A stretch of DNA of 62,734 nt, counting the filler. It is 6 parts of 6 records of this genome, joined end to end, with 100 filler letters (N's around TTAATTAATTAA, not from the genome) between each part and the next. Parts side by side here need not be neighbours in the genome. Positions count along the whole stretch, not along the records: positions 1 to 13,740 come from DRR378314_1994; 5 more parts are not named here. One strand, 5' to 3'. Made by a program: the position numbers and the translations under genes. Shown one piece after another: positions 1 to 10,225 of the stretch (its first letter is position 1; every line of letters starts with the position of its first letter). The notes below the pieces were generated by a model. That model was given only the letters and a program-made list of their open reading frames with translations. It had not been told where the DNA came from and ran no database searches.

Positions 1-3000
1 CGGAAACGTATCGCCCATCCGGCCCTTTTCCACAAGAATCAGCAAGCACGAGAGGCCGTCGAGATCCTCGTACTGCTTGACGCTTCGGTGCACATGGTTA
101 CAGCTGGTGCACACGACCGAAAGTTCGCGCCGCGCCGCGTCGCCTCCGTGCGCAGGAGCGCAATACTCGGTGCAATCGCATCCTGCGCCTTCACAGGGAC
201 TGCCGCGCTGCAGCGCTTCGAAATGGAGGTGACGGTACCACGTGGCGACTACGTTGGTATCGTCCAGCGTGAACGTGCCCGTCTCGGGAAAATGCGACGA
301 CATCGGATGCCCGCCGCAGTCGACCATGGCGAGAAAGTCGGACGTCATGCCGAGGCGCAGCTGCGCGCTCACGACCGAGCGCCACAGCGTTCCCGCGATG
401 GCGCGTGTACGCACGCGCACAATGACCATCTGTCCGCGCCGCCCACGACGATCAGACCCATTCTCGCCAGAGAACAAATCCGTGGGATGCGCTCCCCGCC
501 CCGGTGCACTGTCACCGCGCAGAATACGGAAAAGCTGCTCAGTCTGCAAGATCGCCCCGTTGACAAGCGTCCTCACGCGAAGCTCGTCGGTCCGCGATAC
601 CGCAGTGACGACAGCAATGGCAAACTGCCGCAGCGTAGGCGCGATCAGCGCATCGTCGCCCCACGCGACGATCCCGACTCGAACGGTAAATTCGATGAAC
701 TGGTTCAAGTCCTCTTCGCCGGTCGGAGATTCGTTTTCTGTTCCTACATGGCGAGCTTCGTTGCCAACGACAGTGCCAAAGGACAGATACTCGTGCGGCA
801 GCCGCATCTCCCGCCGCGTCTGGTCGTGGGACAACACGCGCACGAGGTCGCGCACGCGCTCGGCGTTGATGCTGACACCAGCGTCGACAATCTGCACCTC
901 GCCTTCATCCCCGAGTTCTACCCTGTCTATCATGAACGCGTCGAGCCACCGCCCCCCTGCGGCTGGGCGCATTTCCGCCGGTAGCGTGTCCACATACGCA
1001 GTGGCGACGCGACACGCGATGCCGCGAAACTGGTCGACCTCCGACACTACAAAAGACTCTTTCCACTGCTGGAAAACTCGCCGCACCTCGGGTGACAGGG
1101 GCATGACTGTGCCCTCCGTGTGCTGCAAAAGACTCGAATACTTGCTCTCAAATTCTCTTGACGCTGTGCACAAGGTGCGGTCCCAACGCAATTCGGCCGT
1201 TTCATCCTGGACAACAGCTCGCTGGTCCGGTCCAAAGCGCTGTCGCGTCCAGAACAAGCACATCCCGAGCAAATACTCCGCAATGACACTATGATGAAGC
1301 CATTCCCCATTCGTCCGCTCGACGGCCGAGGCAAAGTGGGTGTCCTTGCGCAGCAGCCGAACGTGCTCGTTCTTCGACCGGAGAGACTGGAGGAAAAACT
1401 GCAGCGACAGGTACGAATGTGATTTCCACGGCTGCAGCATCATCGCGTGCGCGCGCGGCGGGAGCTGGTCGTCCGCGGAAAGCGGCGCAGACGCAACGCG
1501 GAGCGGATCTGCCGTGCTCGCGCCGAGCATGAGATAACAAATCGGGCCGTCTGCGGTCTGACCACTGCCTCTCGAATCAATGAGTGCAATCATGCCAAAC
1601 CCAAGATCAGCTCGCAGGTAAAACTTCGTCGTGCCATATCCGGTTCCATCGACGACAGCAAGAGCGCGCTCGCCGCTCGGCGAAGTGCAGAGCTCGACCG
1701 GCGCGAGCTCGCTATCACGCGCACTCGCCGCACCGTACGCAAGGCGCACTGTTCCCTCGCTGTAGCGGAACCAAAACGCGGGCATTCTCTCGAGTTCACC
1801 GTACGGTACGGCCTGTGCCACTACGGGGTGCGCAGACGGGCCAGATTCGAGCGAGAATGAGCCCCGGCCCCTCGTCGCCGTGAGCACGAGCGGGTGCTCT
1901 TCTTCCCAGTCGTCGCCGTCGGTGAACGCGCGGAGCACAAACGCGGACGAATCGCGCGTTACACCGTCCATGCCCAGAAGCTGGCCTTCCCACCACGATA
2001 TCACGTGCGGATCCGGGTGCTCACCGCGCGTCACAATCCCGAGCGTGTCTCGGTCGGAGACCAAGGGAACGCGCGATCGCCGCGTCAGGATATTGTACGG
2101 CGTAGCGCTGACCATGAGCTGTACGACGTTGCGCTTGCGCCCGTCCACAAACGCTCTGTGGTTGACAAACATGTCGTTCCCGCCGGTATAATTGCCCCGT
2201 TGACCGGTAAACGCCGTGATGCCATAGTGACATTCGTCGGCAATCATAACGTGTAGGACCTTGGGGTTCTCCACCAAGTTCGTGATTTGTTCAAGCGCTG
2301 CCCTGTTTGCTGCACTAACGCAGTACCGCAGCACGCGAAAGTGCGGCGTTTCCCCGTTCTCATTCGTAAATCCCAATCGCGGGTCATCGAAGCGCAGCTC
2401 GGTTTGGTTTGCGACCTCGATGTGGTTCGAAGTGAGGACGATGAAGTGCACGCCGGTGAACGATCCCGATCGAACCGCAGCGGCCACGCGATCAAAGATG
2501 ACGTTGGCCAGCTGCTGTTGTGCCGCATAAAAGAGCGGCGCGCGCTCCTCCGCGCCAGGCGGTAATGTGTACGAAAAGGGCTCGACACGCGCTTGTAGCT
2601 CGTCTACCGTCGGCTGCGACTCGGTCTCGACGCCTTCGAGCGCGTCCTCTTCGCCAGGCAGATGGTCTGCCGCCGCGAGCTGTTCCTCCTCGCGTTCGTC
2701 GTCACGATCAGCATCCTCGCGTATGCTCTCATTTACAATCACGGATTGCACAGTGTCCAGAAACGCTTGTACGTGTCTTGACTCTGCGTTGCGGAGAGCG
2801 GTGGTGGGGAGAAGCACCGCGAGCTGCGGCGGCTCGCCGTCGGGCTCGAGCTGCAGCGAGAACCAGTCTTCGCGCTCCGGGGCGCCGTCGGGGCTCAGAT
2901 GGCGGTAGCGCAGGAAAAATTCTGGCCTATCCAAGAAAACGTGCAATTCCTCGTCGGGTTCGCGAAGCGCGCTCAGCCACAGCAACACGGTGGCGCGCTG

Positions 3001-3297
3001 TGCGTCGGCTTGGTCGCGAATGTCGTCGTGCAAGCGCGCGAGGAGCTGCACCGTGCCGTCAAACGTCGACACCGTCGTCGTCGCGCCGGTGCCAAGCGCG
3101 CTCGCAACACGGTCAATGTGCACAACGCGGTGCGGAGGCACGCGCTCCGCCGTGGTATTGTTGGTTCGGAGCTCGCACACTGAAGCACACTCGTGTATGT
3201 TTGCAATGTCCGCGTGCGGGCTGACGACAACGATGTATGCATCGCCCAGGTCGCCGTTGGCTGTTCCCGCCGCGGGCGAGGCGGTTGGCGAGTCCAT
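1..3297 (-). CDS. GREB1-like protein with an apparently circularly permuted SF2 (DExH) helicase module; 3'-partial, at least 1099 aa
   Basis: Manual translation: ATG at 3297 (MDSPTASPAA...), open without a stop to base 1, which explains its absence from the ORF track. Motif II VMIADECHYG (DECH at 2227-2238), motif III MVSATPYNILT (SAT at 2101-2109), motif IV-like GQMVIVRV (~412-435), a Cys/His cluster CEGAGCDC...CTSCNHVH, and YEDLDGLSCLLILVEKGRMGDTFP at the edge, which resembles the conserved GREB1 block. No Walker A precedes DECH. Confidence 0.8.
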   Translation of the reverse strand, partial: MDSPTASPAAGTANGDLGDAYIVVVSPHADIANIHECASVCELRTNNTTAERVPPHRVVHIDRVASALGTGATTTVSTFDGTVQLLARLHDDIRDQADAQRATVLLWLSALREPDEELHVFLDRPEFFLRYRHLSPDGAPEREDWFSLQLEPDGEPPQLAVLLPTTALRNAESRHVQAFLDTVQSVIVNESIREDADRDDEREEEQLAAADHLPGEEDALEGVETESQPTVDELQARVEPFSYTLPPGAEERAPLFYAAQQQLANVIFDRVAAAVRSGSFTGVHFIVLTSNHIEVANQTELRFDDPRLGFTNENGETPHFRVLRYCVSAANRAALEQITNLVENPKVLHVMIADECHYGITAFTGQRGNYTGGNDMFVNHRAFVDGRKRNVVQLMVSATPYNILTRRSRVPLVSDRDTLGIVTRGEHPDPHVISWWEGQLLGMDGVTRDSSAFVLRAFTDGDDWEEEHPLVLTATRGRGSFSLESGPSAHPVVAQAVPYGELERMPAFWFRYSEGTVRLAYGAASARDSELAPVELCTSPSGERALAVVDGTGYGTTKFYLRADLGFGMIALIDSRGSGQTADGPICYLMLGASTADPLRVASAPLSADDQLPPRAHAMMLQPWKSHSYLSLQFFLQSLRSKNEHVRLLRKDTHFASAVERTNGEWLHHSVIAEYLLGMCLFWTRQRFGPDQRAVVQDETAELRWDRTLCTASREFESKYSSLLQHTEGTVMPLSPEVRRVFQQWKESFVVSEVDQFRGIACRVATAYVDTLPAEMRPAAGGRWLDAFMIDRVELGDEGEVQIVDAGVSINAERVRDLVRVLSHDQTRREMRLPHEYLSFGTVVGNEARHVGTENESPTGEEDLNQFIEFTVRVGIVAWGDDALIAPTLRQFAIAVVTAVSRTDELRVRTLVNGAILQTEQLFRILRGDSAPGRGAHPTDLFSGENGSDRRGRRGQMVIVRVRTRAIAGTLWRSVVSAQLRLGMTSDFLAMVDCGGHPMSSHFPETGTFTLDDTNVVATWYRHLHFEALQRGSPCEGAGCDCTEYCAPAHGGDAARRELSVVCTSCNHVHRSVKQYEDLDGLSCLLILVEKGRMGDTFP

Positions 3298-6200
3298 ACT
3301 CGTATTTCGCGCCTACAATCAGCAACTAGCGCGCGCAGCCAAGCACAATAGCTCGTCAGCAGACAGCATTGAACCCGCCAGCCGCAGTACATTAAGAGAG
3401 CAACTGTTGTTCAGCAGCTGTGAAAGGGCAGGGAACAATGTCATGTGCGGTACGGCATCGGATTCCGCTGCGCGAAGAAGACGCGCGCTCTGGTTGCGAC
3501 AAGAAACGCGGCGGCGGCCGAGCGCAGAGGCCGCGGGGCGCCGCTGCGGTGTTGGTGCTGGATCGCCGCCTTCCCGAGCAGAAGCGTGCGCGCGCACCGC
3601 TCCAAAAGGGAGTGCAACCACGCGCTATTCCCGTGGCAAGACAATAGAGGGTGGATTGCATGGACATTGCGCGGAACACATGCTAACCCTGCCATACGGC
3701 GCGCCTCAGCAGTTGCGTCGGAAATGCTTCGAGTGCTACGAGCAGCGGTGTGCGGTCTGCTCTGCAGAACGCTGCGCGACTCTTCGGGAAGACGTCGCGT
3801 TGGGAGGCAGCCCAGCGCGCTTCCCTCTGCGCGGGTGCGCGCGACACGGAGCGACGGCGAGGCGGGTAACTGGATTGCCACTCTTGCCGTCGCACTCGAC
3901 CGCATTGCACTCTAAGCTGACCTAGAGTACCATGGTACTCGTACAAGAAGGAAAAGGGTTATTCAAAACGCGCGTGTGCGGAAACCCGGGCGCCACAGCG
4001 CGATTCCGCGCTCCCTGGGCGTTGTCCGAACGCGCGCGCCGCACGGGACCCTCAGCCGCAGCGCGCTGGGGGCGCTGCGACGCCGCGACAACTAACGCAC
4101 TTTCCCCAGCACTGCCACCAGCACGCATGTACAGACTATTCTTTTCCTCCCATCTAGACGAATTCTCACTATACATGTGTATAATGTCTCAGTTTTGCAT
4201 CGGAAAACGTGTGACAGCGCGAGCTGCGACGGCTGCCGTGGGACGCGTGACACCGAGCGGTGAGCGGGGCACGTGCCCCCGTTCGCGCTGCTCAGCCAGC
4301 AACTCCCAGGGCTCCTGCGCTGTGCGAGCGCTGGCGTCTCGTGCGGTGCCTCTAAGCTGCGACCGCGCGACGCCCAGATCCAGCGCGCATTAGTATCCAA
4401 AAATACGTAGTTTGTACAACCAACGGTGACTTTGGAAGGCAATGGAGTTGGGTGACAGCGCGTGTCAGTGCACGGGTCTGCGACGCAGCGGTGGAGCGCC
4501 GCGCCACTCAGGGGCGCGCGCTCCCACGGCCGCTTGCCCCAGCACGAAGCCGCAGCAGGAGGCGGCCCCGAACCACAGTGGCGCATTCCCAACCCACGAA
4601 GCGCCCTTATCTACACATACATGATGTAGATGATAAAATGTCTTGAGTCAATGCGCTATGTGGGGTGCATGTGGTAGCAGCGCTTGGAGACGAACGGAGC
4701 CGACCGCAGCGGCGTCCTCGGGGCTGCTGAGGCGCTAGCTGGTGCCAGCGCAGCCGGCGGCCCCGAGGACGCCGCTGCAGCGCCCCAGCCACCACCGCCG
4801 CGGAGAGCGCGCCGGCCTCTTTCCCGCGCAGATGCGGGATGAAGATGGAAATATGCAGAACTTCGGATACCGTGCTGGGCGGTTGCCTTCGTGTGACCGA
4901 AGCGTACCTGGGGCGCGCGGAGCGACGCGAGCTGCGGATGCGAGCGCGCGTTTCGGCCGCCGAGTGAGAAACGCCGGTGCGACACGGGTGGGAGCAGCGT
5001 GAGCGGCTCGATGGGTCCCCAAGTGAAACGGGCTCGACGCTGTTCTGCACCGCCGCCGCCTTTGGAGCGTCACGGGACGCGACGGCGATGTCCTTCAGCG
5101 GCAGCCGCTTCGCCTCAAAAAAAAAAAAAGAGCGGCTTCTCTGTTGAGTTGCAGAAAGCTCATTACGCAACATCGTCTCACGAATAAAAAACATTTGTTT
5201 ATAACCGTATTAGGAAACAGCATGCGCACACGTTTCTCGCTCATCGTACACTTCTGTAACAGAATTGCTTCGACTTTCGTCACCCTACATTGTCCTGGTG
5301 TCATAGGGCCTGTACGCCGTGCTACTGCCTCTGCGAGACCAGCTTTCTTTGCAGCACGAGTATTTCAAGAGGAAGCATCACTCATACATGGAACTCAAAG
5401 TTTCTTCTTTGGAGCAACATAAATTGAATCTACCAAGAGTGCCACTCGCAAGTCGAATCAAGGGTCGACAGCGACTTTCAAACGTGCGCGGTCGCTTACC
5501 GCTTCCCGCTGCCAGAGCACGTTCGTGTATTTCGACGTTAGCGGACAAACGAACGCCGCTAACGCGACCGCGCAGCTGCCGCCGATGAGCAACTCTTTCC
5601 TTTTTTGTCAAGTACCAGGCAACGATCGATCTACTAATGACGCACGCGCCAACACGCGGACAGGGCGGGCGGGTGGGCGGATAGCAGCGGGAAGCGTCAG
5701 CAACGCTGCCAGGCCCACGCCGTCGGCTCCGCCAGGACGGCGGGTGTTGTGCGCGACGCAATGTAGCACTTCTTGGTATTTTTCAAGGATACCGGAGCGG
5801 AAACCGGATGTGAAAAAAGTTCGCGCACTTGCACTTCATGCAAGCTCTGAACTACTTTCCCTGTCGCAATTAAATCAATACAAGGCACCGGCAGTGCTCA
5901 AAGTTGTCGTGGGGGCAAAGACCCAATAGCGACAGAACTGGGGATTTCTTTGCGCAACGGAGGTCACAGCGCGTGTACGTCGTCCCATCAGCACAGTGAG
6001 TGTATCCGACACTACTCTACTACGGAGAGAGAAGATTCCGTGCACCTGCACTCATTTACAACGAGCGTGGCGATGAGTACCAGTGCCTTTCGGCGGCTAC
6101 ATTGCAACAAGTAAGGCACAATACGTGTACCGCAGGATACGAGAAGAGAGTTGAGTGGAATTAGGCTCGGGATTGCGCGGGCGCTCCCGAATCGCGCGAG

Positions 6201-7660
6201 CTCCAGTGGATTGGAAGAGCATCGCGTCAAGTGCAGTAGATAGCTCCGCGCCCTTCCGTTCCTCGTATCCCATTCGTATGCACCATGTAGCCGCACACTG
6301 CTCGTGGCAGTCTCACAGGGCACAATGACCCATCTTGCAACATTGGGACATGCTCGCGCAATATAAACGTAGGATCGGTGCTGCCAAATGGGCAGCTGGG
6401 GAGAACACCACGACAGTGATAAACACAGGGCAGAACCCTTGGGAATCATTTCGCATACAACCAACTTTCCAACAATTGCGACTCCTCCTCGTCACATACG
6501 CGCTCGTTCATACTACGCTTATTTTCTTCTCTGATGCAGTTGGTGCGGAAAGAAAACAAAACGCTCTAGCATGTGCACGCGGTGACGACGTTGAGCGTCT
6601 CCAAATCAACATCGTCCTCTGCCACGCGAGAAGCGCAGTGGAGCGGCGCCTTTTCCAGGAAGCAGCCACAATCGAATGGTCAACTATGTTCGTGGGACTT
6701 TGGTCAAAGATACGAATAACTTGTGTTTTTAGTGCGCGAAACCTTGTATTGTGCGCGAACTACAGCCGCATCACGTGTCAGCTGCTCTCGATGCCATAGC
6801 GCAAGAAGGCACGAGCAACGATGGGAAATCTCCATTTCCGTTACACAAGACGATGCAAAGCGCTGTATTGTTCGGTCACTTACAAAGTAACCAAACCAAG
6901 GAGTCACAAGAAAGTGTAGACTGGAATATGACTCCATCAATAACACGTTCTTTTCGCGCGCCAGAGACGCACAACGCTATTCAGATACGTCCATATACAT
7001 GAGGGGACACAAGGTAAGCTGCAAAGGAGCACAGAGGTGAGAATGTTTGGCAGAACGAAATGGCCCTAAAACTGGCGCGAAAAGGAGCCAAAGACACGTG
7101 AACCCTGCAAACCGCTGCAGTACCTTCACTTGTATAAATCATATTCTCCAAGGTACGACAAGGAAGCTCTTTCCAAGTTTTGGATCTACCGCAGCAACGA
7201 ATCGCAGCGTCGAGGCCTCGAGGAGCAGCGCGATAGAAACGCCGTCGTGCGCAATCGTAGAGAAACCAACCGCGAGGCACATTTGTTTCGCAGCTAGTTC
7301 ACCTGTCGCATGCGCTCGTATCCAGAGTTTTTGGTACGTCTTTCTCCACAATTTACCGGGCCGTTCCTTTTTTTCAGCGAATGTATCGGTCAATGGTAGG
7401 ACGAAAAGTTGTAGAGCTCGCTCGCGCGAGAATTGCTCTGGCCTGCACCGCAGTGAACCTCTCGCGTGCTCCAGACCCTGAACCACGATCCTCTCCCTAA
7501 CGCGCAAGCCCCAACACAGACGCACAAGCTGGAATCATGCACCCTTGTATCGTGTCACCAGCGCGTACAAGAATGCAAAACTCCATGAACTCATCCGGTA
7601 AAGGCCCGAAAGGTCGCTGGAGCATCGTCCTCGTGCAGCAAAGGGGAGTCGCAGCGCGCG

Positions 7661-10225
7661 CTACGCCCGACCCTGAAGAATCTCCTCGGTGGTCCCACAT
7701 AAATCATCGCTAAGAGCAACGAGAATATCCTGTGCACTCGGACGCTTCGTAGGATCGTACTGCAAACACTTTGCGACGATTTGTCGCAGATTCTCGCTCG
7801 GCAGCGCTGCGTGAGGAGACGGTACGTAATCGCCGAGCGCAACCTTGGAGTACAAAAAGTCTGCGAGCTCGCTCTCCGCCACTTCGCCGGAGTACGGAGC
7901 CTGAAGCGCAAAGACTTCGTTGATAATCAATCCAAACGACCAAATGTCAGATTTTGTTGACAACAGGTACTTGCGCTGCTCATCGTTGCGCACGAGCGCC
8001 TCCGGGGATCGATAGACGAGGATGTCAGTGCTACAATGCTCTGTGTCATTATCTTGATCATTCTTCTCCCGCATCACCATCAGAGAGTGTGTTTTCGATG
8101 ATCCAAAACCAGATAAAACGGCGCGATTGTCAGGAAATACGAGGATAGTTGAGGGCGATAGCGCCCGATGCTCGATCCCATGCGAATGGAGATAGACCAG
8201 GCCGCGCGCTGCTCCAATCAGAATGCGCAGCCACTGCTGCACGTCCGTTACAGACTCTTCAGCAATACAGTCGCGCACGGAAGATTCGGGAAACGGCTGG
8301 ATCATGGCGATTCCCCGAGGATCGATCGCGATTTTTGTCAATTCGACAATGTTTGCGTGTCGCGGAAGCGTTGTGAGAACGCTGATCTCGCGTTGCAGCG
8401 CTGTAACGGCTGGTCGAGGATCGTCGCAGCAGCGCACCTTGGACACCGCCGCCACCGCATCGCCGTTAACCACTGCACGGTAGACATCATACAACGGTCC
8501 GCTCCGCACGAGCTGGGCTGAATCTCCGGCAAGCGCCATTTCCATATCACCATACTTCATCTGCATGTCCGGCATAACGGTTTCCAACTCGGGAATCTGG
8601 AGAATTGGTCCTGCGCCACGTGGGTACTCTGTAACGGCTGCCGCTAACCGCTCCGCGTTTGCGCGACGCAGAGCGCCCGGAGCAACAACAATGTCTCGCA
8701 GAGGGGACTGTAAACGATGGATCTTGGACACTGTTTGAAGCGTATCCAAGAATTTAGGAAGTGTTTCATCGCATAACGCGCGATTCTTGGTCATATTGAT
8801 GACTTTCACGCGGCTTCCGCGCTCTGTACACGCGAAAATCGCGCTAATCATACCCGAGAATTCCGCCTCTGAGAGCAACTCGTGAGAAGAAACATTGCTG
8901 AAGACATCGACCTCCTCGCAGCCTGACGCAACAAGCGCAGAATACGCGAGTTTCATAGAGAGAAGAACGGCTTGATCTCTACGAAGAGCGTGGAATGATC
9001 GTGAAAGCGTCCATGAATAATCGTCGTTTGTGAATGTAGCGGAGAGAAACGCGCCGAGCTCCGCAACGTGATCGGCAAAGTACGACGTTGGTCGTCCTTC
9101 GTCGATTGCGAGGAGAACGAGGAGGGCGCGACACTCGTGCACTTTGTCGAGAACGGGTGTTTCCAACGCCAACGCGAGACAGAGGTGAAGAATGGCGGTT
9201 GCTCGACGCGGATTGTCGATCGAGGCGCGCGCGTGGCGAAGAAGGAGAGGAACGCGAGCTCGCACAACAGCCTCTTTCTTCGAAACTGAGCTGAGGAGGT
9301 ATCTGGTACCTGTGGGATCGCAGAACGAGCATTCACAAAGGATACTCGTGTACGCCTTGGCTGTACCGGTGTCTCTCCCACTGCTCTGCTCACTTGAGGA
9401 CTCGTTCCGTTCTCTCGGGTTTTCTGTTGTTGGTATGAGCTCTTCGTTGGGTCCACTCGCATACACTCCATTCCACCAGACACCATCCTTGTACGGGTAC
9501 ATTTGTTCAAACGAGCAACTATGTAACTCATGATTGGTAAAATTTCTGTGGTGATACTCGCGTAGAGTAGCACGTGCGTTCACATCAAACACGGCGACTG
9601 CAAAATTCACGCGCACGTACTCAGTAGCCCAGCTAGAACTCCACCTCGTTTCGGCGGGAGGAGCTGTCGTGGCAAACACATAACGCAAATCACTGGATAC
9701 GCCGCATGCCCCGCTTACAAAGGTAGTATTTAGTTCCTTATCTTTTTCGTATTTTTTTCTATTCTTTTGTTGCATGTGGCTGACTGTGCAAAATGTTTTC
9801 TGGTAAAACAAAACTGCCTGTTCGCGCAGAGAGACTGCTGCGCAATAGAACTTGCCGAGAATCACAGCAAGGTCTCCAACCGGCGAAAGAAGCACCTCCA
9901 TAACGCCACGCTGAGACTCTAAGAGATCGTCGATGTCACTGATATGTATGTCTGTATCTATTGCGCCATCCTGTACGTTCATTGTGTAGAGATGGGAGCC
10001 CTGGTAGATAATGATGCGATGGCTGTCGGGTAGGAAGACGAGCGCGTGCGGCTGCACCCTCTCGTCGCGCGCGGGCAACGCGTGCGCGTGCAGCCAGCGC
10101 CGCTCGAGCAGGTCCCAGAACTTGATGTACTCACTCTCGCGTTCCACAATTGCTAAAACCGTGCCATCAGCAGATATACTATATGTGTGAGAACTCAAAC
10201 TAGAATAAGGGTGTATCTTGGACAT
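7661..10225 (-). CDS. Multidomain protein: beta-propeller-like N-terminus and C-terminal TKL-like protein kinase domain, probably a pseudokinase
   Basis: Intronless ORF, first ATG at 10225. Kinase subdomains: REISVL..LPRHANIV, GLVYLH, YRSPE, KSDIWSFG, CLQYDPTKRPS. HRD is replaced by HRA and DFG by GFG. The N-terminus has WD40-like strands (ISADGTVLA..IKFWDL, LLSPVGD). Confidence 0.8.
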   Translation of the reverse strand: MSKIHPYSSLSSHTYSISADGTVLAIVERESEYIKFWDLLERRWLHAHALPARDERVQPHALVFLPDSHRIIIYQGSHLYTMNVQDGAIDTDIHISDIDDLLESQRGVMEVLLSPVGDLAVILGKFYCAAVSLREQAVLFYQKTFCTVSHMQQKNRKKYEKDKELNTTFVSGACGVSSDLRYVFATTAPPAETRWSSSWATEYVRVNFAVAVFDVNARATLREYHHRNFTNHELHSCSFEQMYPYKDGVWWNGVYASGPNEELIPTTENPRERNESSSEQSSGRDTGTAKAYTSILCECSFCDPTGTRYLLSSVSKKEAVVRARVPLLLRHARASIDNPRRATAILHLCLALALETPVLDKVHECRALLVLLAIDEGRPTSYFADHVAELGAFLSATFTNDDYSWTLSRSFHALRRDQAVLLSMKLAYSALVASGCEEVDVFSNVSSHELLSEAEFSGMISAIFACTERGSRVKVINMTKNRALCDETLPKFLDTLQTVSKIHRLQSPLRDIVVAPGALRRANAERLAAAVTEYPRGAGPILQIPELETVMPDMQMKYGDMEMALAGDSAQLVRSGPLYDVYRAVVNGDAVAAVSKVRCCDDPRPAVTALQREISVLTTLPRHANIVELTKIAIDPRGIAMIQPFPESSVRDCIAEESVTDVQQWLRILIGAARGLVYLHSHGIEHRALSPSTILVFPDNRAVLSGFGSSKTHSLMVMREKNDQDNDTEHCSTDILVYRSPEALVRNDEQRKYLLSTKSDIWSFGLIINEVFALQAPYSGEVAESELADFLYSKVALGDYVPSPHAALPSENLRQIVAKCLQYDPTKRPSAQDILVALSDDLCGTTEEILQGRA

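Noticed and set aside
88-3224. Long plus-strand ORFs (88-984, 242-1294, 2520-3224 and others)
   Set aside because: They are antisense shadows of the minus-strand GREB1-like ORF and carry no recognisable motifs.
3300-7600. Many 60-310 aa ORFs on both strands
   Set aside because: Low-complexity Arg/Ala/Ser translations typical of GC-rich non-coding DNA; no domain or consistent exon chain found. A diverged gene cannot be excluded.
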